IMG/VR virus record: IMGVR_UViG_3300042387_002391
Source of the DNA: a virus
Direction: 5' to 3' (one strand)
DNA: 64,000 bases
Part shown: positions 58,041 through 64,000 of the stretch, in pieces
Layout: each line of letters begins with the position of its first letter
How positions within the stretch are numbered: the first letter of the stretch is position 1
The notes under the pieces: generated by a model
Told to the model about the DNA's origin: nothing
Seen by the model: the letters and a program-made list of their open reading frames with translations, nothing else
Database searches by the model: none
Made by a program: the position numbers and the translations under genes

Positions 58041-58517
58041 TCAAAAATTTTCCAAGTCTACATTGAAGTTTCGGTCAAGTTCTTTGTCAAGTTTGCGGCG
58101 CTGTGCATCCCTAACGTGTCGAGGCACCGATTGAGCTGGTTTTGGCTTTGAGCTTGCGTGCTGAGGTGCTGGTTGTGCTGGTTCCAGCTTTGGTCTTACG
58201 CGAGGATGATCCTGTCCAACAGCTGGAGCCTCAAATCGCTTATTATCAACTTTGATTAGTTTGTTTTCTCCTGTAGCTTTGTACATTTGATTATTGAACT
58301 CGTAGTAATATGTCTTGTTTTTGTCTTTTGAGTAATCTCTAAGAATACCAGCTAAAAGGTGTAAATCTGTCCATATTGCTGGTATGAACGGAGACTCCTC
58401 AGTTCCCTCTCCGCTTTGGACTACGCTACTTAATCCCTTACCAAAAACCTCACTTTCCCAACCTTTATCTAGTTCTTCGTTAATAATTTGCTTGTAGAGT
58501 GTGTCGAATTTTGTCAT
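58041..58517 (-). CDS. Hypothetical protein with KFDTLYKQIINE leader
   Basis: First ~40 nt nearly identical to the start of 57269-58012. Confidence 0.6.
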   Translation of the reverse strand: MTKFDTLYKQIINEELDKGWESEVFGKGLSSVVQSGEGTEESPFIPAIWTDLHLLAGILRDYSKDKNKTYYYEFNNQMYKATGENKLIKVDNKRFEAPAVGQDHPRVRPKLEPAQPAPQHASSKPKPAQSVPRHVRDAQRRKLDKELDRNFNVDLENF

Positions 58518-58556
58518 AATAATTTAAATAAATTTTGTTGCAAACTTGAGATTGTG

Positions 58557-59030
58557 TTATCGTTTTTTAATAGCCTCCACTACCCCGTATAAGGATAAGA
58601 GAAACAAACCTCCAACCCATGTTGCTCCGCCAGCAATAGCCATTTGCCCGTCCCCTGTTTCCTTACCTACAACCATAATAAGTTTTCCTATCAAGTACAT
58701 TAAAGGTCCAGCGCCTATTGGGTGTGTCAGAGCTTCAAGAATTTCTCCGGCAACTTTTTTAACTTTGTTGACAACATCCATTACTGATTCGTTTTGTTGA
58801 CTCTCGACGTCCTCCTTGTTTATCATATCCTTCTTATACTCGTTGAGCATTCTGAGAAGTTCTTCGGAATTTTTAGCTGATGCTAACTTATCAAAAACTT
58901 CTGGAGCTTTTTCTTTTAACTTAACAGCTAGTTTATTAAATATTGGTTTTAGAATTGTTTCAGCTAACCCCTCATTGAGTTGAACTTTAACATAAGCTTC
59001 TTCGAGGAGTGTTTGATCTTTAGATTTCAT
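58557..59030 (-). CDS. Membrane protein with KDQTLLEEAY leader
   Basis: Two C-terminal hydrophobic segments. Confidence 0.6.
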   Translation of the reverse strand: MKSKDQTLLEEAYVKVQLNEGLAETILKPIFNKLAVKLKEKAPEVFDKLASAKNSEELLRMLNEYKKDMINKEDVESQQNESVMDVVNKVKKVAGEILEALTHPIGAGPLMYLIGKLIMVVGKETGDGQMAIAGGATWVGGLFLLSLYGVVEAIKKR

Positions 59031-59057
59031 GATATTTTATTTGATTGTTTTTAAAAA

Positions 59058-59471
59058 TTAACCTTTTGCAGAACTAATAATATACATCTTAAGTCTTCCA
59101 GAAAGGTCGTTGAGGACTCCAGCTGCTCTCACGATTTCAGCAGATTTGCCTGAAATTCCTTGAAAAGGAGTATTTGGTTTTTCCAAAGAAACTACCAATT
59201 TTTGCAAGCAGTCGCCATTTGTATTAAGAAGAAGTTCAGCAAGTTCGTCAAGTTTGTTTGTGTAATCTAACAAAGTCATTCCGGAAGGAGCTGCTGCTTC
59301 TTCTGTTGCTGGTTCAGGAGCTGGTTGTGGCATTGGTTCAACGTCACCTTTAAAATCTTCTGGATTTGCTTCAGTTGTTTCGTTGCCAGCTTCTTTAGGA
59401 GCTTCCTCTGCGGAAACTTCTTTATCTTGCTCGTTTAGATATACACGTTTGTAAAGTTCATCGAATTTCAT
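59058..59471 (-). CDS. Acidic protein with KFDELYKRVYLNE leader
   Basis: TAAATA-N5-ATG. Confidence 0.6.
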   Translation of the reverse strand: MKFDELYKRVYLNEQDKEVSAEEAPKEAGNETTEANPEDFKGDVEPMPQPAPEPATEEAAAPSGMTLLDYTNKLDELAELLLNTNGDCLQKLVVSLEKPNTPFQGISGKSAEIVRAAGVLNDLSGRLKMYIISSAKG

Positions 59472-59487
59472 AATTATATTTAAGCTT

Positions 59488-59865
59488 ATGGATTATTTTT
59501 TCACGCAATTGGGCGTTATTTTTTATTTATCTAGTTTTGTGTCAACTTTTGCAATTGTTTGGTTTTATACAGATACATTTTTGTATTACAGTCAGCTGTT
59601 TGGAATTTTTGAAAATACAAGACTGCAATATACTACATTCATTAATAAAAATCCTGACAAATATTTTCCGGACTTCTTATTTGAGCTAGGACTGACCTCT
59701 AAAAATAAATTTATCAAATTTTTGTACAAACTTATTAGCTGTCCGTTTTGTTTAATTCTTTGGCTATCGCTTTTTGCTAGTCTCTTTGTTTTAAATATTT
59801 TTTTAACAGCGCCGATTTATATAACTTCGCTCGTCATCACTTTTGGAATAAAGAAGCTCCTTTGA
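59488..59865 (+). CDS. Membrane protein with CPFC..W motif
   Basis: Hydrophobic segments; LISCPFCLILW. Confidence 0.55.
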   Translation: MDYFFTQLGVIFYLSSFVSTFAIVWFYTDTFLYYSQLFGIFENTRLQYTTFINKNPDKYFPDFLFELGLTSKNKFIKFLYKLISCPFCLILWLSLFASLFVLNIFLTAPIYITSLVITFGIKKLL

Positions 59866-60628
59866 AATTTTCTAGCATCAGAGCAATCTTTGGTTGAATG
59901 TCTCCTAGCTCAAAAATTTCATAATTTGAATTTACCACATTAAACCAAATAATTTTGAGCTTATCTATTCTGAGATTTGTGTATTTTTCGATAAAATACT
60001 TGTAAGTGTTCAGCTGAATTGTGTATTCATTAATTTCGCCCTCTGTCATGTCATCAAACGGATAAAACAAATCTCCATAAGGACTCTTCTTTTCCATTTT
60101 TTTGTTTGTCTTGAAGTCAATAATTTCAAGAGCATCTGTTTGAGAATTATAAGAAAGCATATCAGACATTCCACAAATTCTGGTATCATCAATATCTCCT
60201 AAAACAAATTCGTTCCGAACGCAAATCAAATGTGAGTTATCGTTATAAAAATTTTGAAAGTATTCGACAAGCTTTGGAAAGTTCTCACTAATCTTTTTCT
60301 TTTCGTCAAATCCGAGATTCTTGAAAGAACCGTCAAAAGCAACTTTCTTATTGCAATAAAAATTCTCAATATATTTGTGAAGCATGCTGCCAATGGTTGT
60401 TGAATAAAGATTATTCATTTCCCACTCAGCTTTGATATGGTCAGTCGTCGTTCCTTGCTTTTTAGCAACGCGAGCGGCAATCTTATCTAATTCGAACTTC
60501 TTTTTATAGCGCTTGAGAAGTTGTGTTACTGAAGGAGAACCGGAAGGCTCGTTGTCAATCAAATAAGCATGAGAATCTTCAACAAATGTTATTCTGTTGA
60601 AAACCGCAAGTTCTTTTGCAACGTTCAC
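59837..60628 (-). CDS. PD-(D/E)xK (RecB/Cas4-like) exonuclease
   Basis: SVTQ, GSMLH, CGMSD, IIDFKT and Y..QL..Y motifs. Confidence 0.85.
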   Translation of the reverse strand: MNVAKELAVFNRITFVEDSHAYLIDNEPSGSPSVTQLLKRYKKKFELDKIAARVAKKQGTTTDHIKAEWEMNNLYSTTIGSMLHKYIENFYCNKKVAFDGSFKNLGFDEKKKISENFPKLVEYFQNFYNDNSHLICVRNEFVLGDIDDTRICGMSDMLSYNSQTDALEIIDFKTNKKMEKKSPYGDLFYPFDDMTEGEINEYTIQLNTYKYFIEKYTNLRIDKLKIIWFNVVNSNYEIFELGDIQPKIALMLENFKGASLFQK

Positions 60629-60843
60629 GAGTGCACCGCCACATCTTCAATAAGAAACAAATCAAGTCGATAACCAACCTGCCGAAGTGTTCCAGTCATC
60701 CTCTTGCCTTCATAAGTCCATTTAATCATATCTCCGTCTTCATATTCCATCGAGGAATCTCTCAAGGCATTTTCTGTGTAAATTTCTGGATCAAAATAAA
60801 ATTTATCCCCGTCTTTGTAAACGTTATTTGTCTGGTTACTCAT
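60625..60843 (-). CDS. Hypothetical protein
   Basis: 72-aa ORF coupled to its neighbours. Confidence 0.5.
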   Translation of the reverse strand: MSNQTNNVYKDGDKFYFDPEIYTENALRDSSMEYEDGDMIKWTYEGKRMTGTLRQVGYRLDLFLIEDVAVHS

Positions 60844-61295
60844 TTGCTGTCCGGTTGTTCTTGTTTATGATATTGCATAAGCCATTGTGTTAGATGTTTT
60901 TTGTCTGATTTTGGGTACGAAAATTTATAACGGCCCCACTTTTTCGTGTTCACGTATTTGTTCCAAAGAGAGCTTGCAATCTTGTCGATCTGATTCTCAA
61001 TGTTGAATTGAAGCATGGGACTAATGTCTTCCATATTTCCTGCATGATAATCAGTCCATATATCATTCAGCACTGCTTCGTGGTGAGCTAGTTCGTGGAA
61101 AAATACATGCAAGAGGCGCTTCTTTGTTTGCTTGTTGTTGATGAAAATGCTCCTTTTTTCGAAGTCATACAAGCCTCCAACGCGCTTTGCTTGATCATTG
61201 AAGGACACTCTTGTTACTTTGTGTTCTTTTGCAATAATACAAATAAATTGCCGAAGCAGCTTTTTAGTAATTCTGCAGCTATCAAAAACCTTCAT
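60840..61295 (-). CDS. HExxH metallopeptidase-like protein (ImmA/IrrE-like)
   Basis: GLY...IFIN, FHELAH and downstream E. Confidence 0.65.
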   Translation of the reverse strand: MKVFDSCRITKKLLRQFICIIAKEHKVTRVSFNDQAKRVGGLYDFEKRSIFINNKQTKKRLLHVFFHELAHHEAVLNDIWTDYHAGNMEDISPMLQFNIENQIDKIASSLWNKYVNTKKWGRYKFSYPKSDKKHLTQWLMQYHKQEQPDSK

Positions 61296-61504
61296 TTGCA
61301 AACAAGCTTAGTTCCAAACAACAAAGACTTTGGAGTAGAATGATTCTGCAAAAGCCAATCATCTCCGACCTTAATAAAGTTTAGCAAAACATCATTGGCA
61401 ACACTTTTTGCTACAATAAGATTTTCTTCTTTTGTCAGCACATCACAGACTTCTGGATGCATTGGCTGACTTTTGAAAAAGTATTGAATGGTTCCTTTAG
61501 ACAT
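61292..61504 (-). CDS. Hypothetical protein (start MSKGTI)
   Basis: TTGACA-N17-TAATAT-N7-ATG. Confidence 0.5.
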   Translation of the reverse strand: MSKGTIQYFFKSQPMHPEVCDVLTKEENLIVAKSVANDVLLNFIKVGDDWLLQNHSTPKSLLFGTKLVCK

Positions 61505-61548
61505 TTTTGCTATATTAGATGATTTTGCGTCTAGTGTCAACTAGCAAT

Positions 61549-61740
61549 TTATTTTTTGTTCATTTCTGCTAGTTCTTTTATTGCATCTTCGAAAGAAACA
61601 AATTTAATTTCTTCTTTCGGAGGAGCTGCTGGTTCTTCATCTTTAATGATGTCCCACATTTGATTTGCAACATCTTGTCTCAATTTTTGAATGGTAGGAT
61701 CTTTTTCGAACTCTACTGCATTTGAACCAAAGGAAAACAT
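61549..61740 (-). CDS. Hypothetical protein
   Basis: 63-aa ORF at the end of the lysis operon. Confidence 0.5.
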   Translation of the reverse strand: MFSFGSNAVEFEKDPTIQKLRQDVANQMWDIIKDEEPAAPPKEEIKFVSFEDAIKELAEMNKK

Positions 61741-61742
61741 AA

Positions 61743-62147
61743 TTATTTTTTAACAAAAATTACAGCAAGCTGCACGAGAGCATTTAATAAGAACACTGCA
61801 ATCGATCCATAAAGAGCCATTGAAGCCTTCCATTTTGTATGTGACTGCTCTTCTACATCAATGCCTCTTTCGATTGCAATGAGTTTTTGACCCAAACCTT
61901 TTTCATCATAAAGCAGATGATCCATACTTTCCTCTAAATCATGCGTGGTTGACATGACTTGAGCTCTCCACATTTTTAGCTCTGTATCAGAAACAGCAAT
62001 CGTTTGCTTGATGTCAGCAATATCCTTATTCATGTTTTGCAACAATTTGTTGTGGTCATCAAGCTGTTGCAAAACCATCAATTGGTACTTAGACCATCCA
62101 TTACCTTCATAATGGTTCATGTTATGTTGTTCAAAATTTTCGTTCAT
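61743..62147 (-). CDS. Coiled-coil protein with C-terminal TM helix (lysis-accessory candidate)
   Basis: ATGA overlap with the PAS-LOV stop at 62144-62147; heptad pattern; hydrophobic C-terminus. Confidence 0.6.
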   Translation of the reverse strand: MNENFEQHNMNHYEGNGWSKYQLMVLQQLDDHNKLLQNMNKDIADIKQTIAVSDTELKMWRAQVMSTTHDLEESMDHLLYDEKGLGQKLIAIERGIDVEEQSHTKWKASMALYGSIAVFLLNALVQLAVIFVKK

Positions 62148-63064
62148 GATATTTTGCTTAGGTGTATGAATCCGCTTTCCGCATTTGGAGACCATTCATA
62201 TTTGATGTCCATTTTATCTGTAATGTCTCTTGCTATTCCGATAAAATTAACGACGACTCCATGTTCAATTACAGCAGAAATTGCAAGTCTGCTATAATAA
62301 ATTTCCCCATTCTTTCTTCTATTTTGAAGAAGAACATCACAGTTTTTTCCTTCTTTGATACACTTGCGAAGCGTAACGAGTGCTCTTGAATTTTTAGTTT
62401 CATCTGTTTGCAACATTCTGCAATTCTGTCCGACTAATTCTTCGCTCGTATAACCAGTAATTTTTTCGAATGCTTTATTAGCATAAACCATTACATTGTC
62501 TTCGTGCTGAGCGTCTGTAATGACAATGCCGTCAGTAGAAGACTCAACAGCTTTTTGAAGTAGTTTGTAGCTATAAACATTATTTGTTCCAAATTGCGTT
62601 AGATCAGAAGCAACACCTACTGTTTGATTTTCTCTTTCGTCGCACAAAGAAAATCTCCACATCAGCTTTACTTTGGATCCGCTCTTTGCAATCCAGTGGT
62701 TAATCAGAGCCTTGTGGCCGTCAAAATATAAAATTTTCTTTTCCTTTAATTCAGCAAAGCGCGCTTTTGTCTCAGCAGCATCAACAGGATCAATAAAATC
62801 CCATAAAACCTTGCCGAGCAACTCGCTTCGCGTATAACCTAGAATTGTGAAGGCAGCATCGCTAATTTTTAAAATCTTTGAGTTCTCGTCCAAGAATACA
62901 ATGATGTCCGGTGAAGCAGCAAAGATTAAAGCAAGTTGGCTTTCGAGCTCGGACAAGTATTTTGACAAACCGTTCAAAGTTTGTTGCCTGCTTTCAATTT
63001 TTTTAAGAATTTGCTCGTTTTCCAAAGACAAATTTACAGGTTTTGTTTTAATTGTTGTTTTCAT
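62144..63064 (-). CDS. Coiled-coil-PAS-LOV sensor protein without output domain
   Basis: PAS-A (SPDIIVFLD...LGYTRSELLGK); PAS-B with GIVITD...YANKAF..TGY..EELVGQNCRMLQ...QN.RKNG...FIGIARDIT. Confidence 0.88.
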   Translation of the reverse strand: MKTTIKTKPVNLSLENEQILKKIESRQQTLNGLSKYLSELESQLALIFAASPDIIVFLDENSKILKISDAAFTILGYTRSELLGKVLWDFIDPVDAAETKARFAELKEKKILYFDGHKALINHWIAKSGSKVKLMWRFSLCDERENQTVGVASDLTQFGTNNVYSYKLLQKAVESSTDGIVITDAQHEDNVMVYANKAFEKITGYTSEELVGQNCRMLQTDETKNSRALVTLRKCIKEGKNCDVLLQNRRKNGEIYYSRLAISAVIEHGVVVNFIGIARDITDKMDIKYEWSPNAESGFIHLSKIS

Positions 63065-63675
63065 GCGACATTCTCAATCAATTTTGCTTCCGCTTCTCTA
63101 CGTTCTAATAAACCATTTAAATTTTTGCCAACCCATAATCTCTTCATTTTGCGGATTTCTTGAGCAATGTTTTTATAATCTTTTTTAGGAATGAGAACTC
63201 TAATGTTTCTCATCTCGAGTCTGCTGTCGCCTTTGAGGCTGGTTCCTCTATTAAAGACCAGCGAAACGATTGCTCCATAAGCATCTGGATGAAGATCAGC
63301 CAATCCAGGAAAGGCTTTTTCAGCAAGGTTTGTAAATTTTGGCCAAGTAAGTTTCTGAAAAATTTCCTGTGCTTTGTCCCAACTAACTGTAATGCCACTT
63401 GCTCTGAGCACTTTTGTGTATTCTTTTCCTTCTTCTCTTGTTTTTCCTGAAGCTTTCTGAATGAGTCTGATTTGATCTTTTGGAAGAAATGAAAATATTT
63501 CTGCCAGTTCGCTTTCTGAATAATAAGCACAATCGACTCCAATTGCAATTGTCGGACCAGAAGCTCCACCTGGCCAGGTAAACTTAGAAAGATACTTTTC
63601 GTAATAAGCTTTTCCGCCACCTACTTCATAATCATAAAGTAGTTCAAGAGTTTTTGCAGACGGCTTAGAGCTCAT
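63061..63675 (-). CDS. Endolysin (pesticin-C/T4-lysozyme-like muramidase)
   Basis: E..., WPGGASGPTIAIG.D, AIVSLVFNRG, GLLERREAE motifs; AAGGAGG RBS before the ATG at 63675. Confidence 0.85.
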   Translation of the reverse strand: MSSKPSAKTLELLYDYEVGGGKAYYEKYLSKFTWPGGASGPTIAIGVDCAYYSESELAEIFSFLPKDQIRLIQKASGKTREEGKEYTKVLRASGITVSWDKAQEIFQKLTWPKFTNLAEKAFPGLADLHPDAYGAIVSLVFNRGTSLKGDSRLEMRNIRVLIPKKDYKNIAQEIRKMKRLWVGKNLNGLLERREAEAKLIENVA

Positions 63676-64000
63676 AATCATCCTCCTTTGCGTTTGTATC
63701 AATTACTGTAACTTCATTGATTGATTCTGATGTTCCTTTAAGAGAAGCATTTGAAGTGCTTCCGTATTTCAAATCAACAACCATTTCAGCACCAACATAT
63801 GAAGCTATAATAATTGCTAAAATTTCAATAGTTTTTGAAAATATTGTAACAAACCCCGTAATATACTCTGGAGGAGCTGAAGGAATTAAAAACAGAAGAC
63901 CGATTGTCGAGAAGTAAAAAAAGGCAAGAATTACAACAGACGTAAAGACGATATAAAACTTGCTTGACTCGAGATGATTAAGATTCCTGAGTCTCTGAAT
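63665..64000 (-). CDS. Partial CDS (5' end outside window), two-TM holin-like membrane protein
   Basis: Manual translation: ..SKFYIVFTSVVILAFFYFSTIGLLFLIP..ITGFVTIFSKTIEILAIIIASYVGA..EDDYEL*; overlaps the endolysin start. Confidence 0.6.
   Translation of the reverse strand: MQRLRNLNHLESSKFYIVFTSVVILAFFYFSTIGLLFLIPSAPPEYITGFVTIFSKTIEILAIIIASYVGAEMVVDLKYGSTSNASLKGTSESINEVTVIDTNAKEDDYEL

Noticed and set aside
59837-60628. CRISPR-Cas4 locus
   Set aside because: Stand-alone PD-(D/E)xK exonuclease common in T4-like phages; no repeat-spacer array or other cas genes seen
2703-63917. Numerous short ORFs antisense to or nested in long genes (e.g. 32554-33048, 13137-13628, 63717-63917)
   Set aside because: Shadow frames of well-supported genes, with no motifs or promoters
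1-64000. Stop-codon reassignment as the cause of the broken terL and polB
   Set aside because: TAA, TAG and TGA all end intact core genes, and the breaks involve inserted genes or frame changes

Overview
The window is a 64-kb piece of a large, AT-rich T4-like myovirus genome (standard genetic code, mostly minus-strand genes). Core content: tail tube, sheath and completion genes; the large terminase; a T4-type replisome and recombination set (gp45, gp32, gp41, UvsX, gp43, gp46/47, gp55, UvsW, UvsY, DenA, gp61); FolE2, QueD and QueE; a glycosyl/methyltransferase island; and a lysis cassette at the right edge. The most unusual observations are: (1) a PAS-LOV flavoprotein gene (GQNCRMLQ) translationally coupled inside the holin-endolysin operon, suggesting light- or redox-gated lysis; (2) terL broken into three ORFs joined by two atypically split inteins plus two cis mini-inteins, with the Walker B motif on an 11-aa micro-extein; (3) polB also in three pieces separated by free-standing HNH genes; (4) a degenerate copy of a neighbouring host-gene sequence just upstream of four homing endonuclease genes (candidate autorepression operators); (5) two promoter-driven structured RNA candidates (~47.9-48.2 kb, ~57.05-57.23 kb); (6) at least 13 unrelated proteins sharing putative capsid-targeting leaders. 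All calls come from reading motifs by eye; no database searches or folding programs were run.
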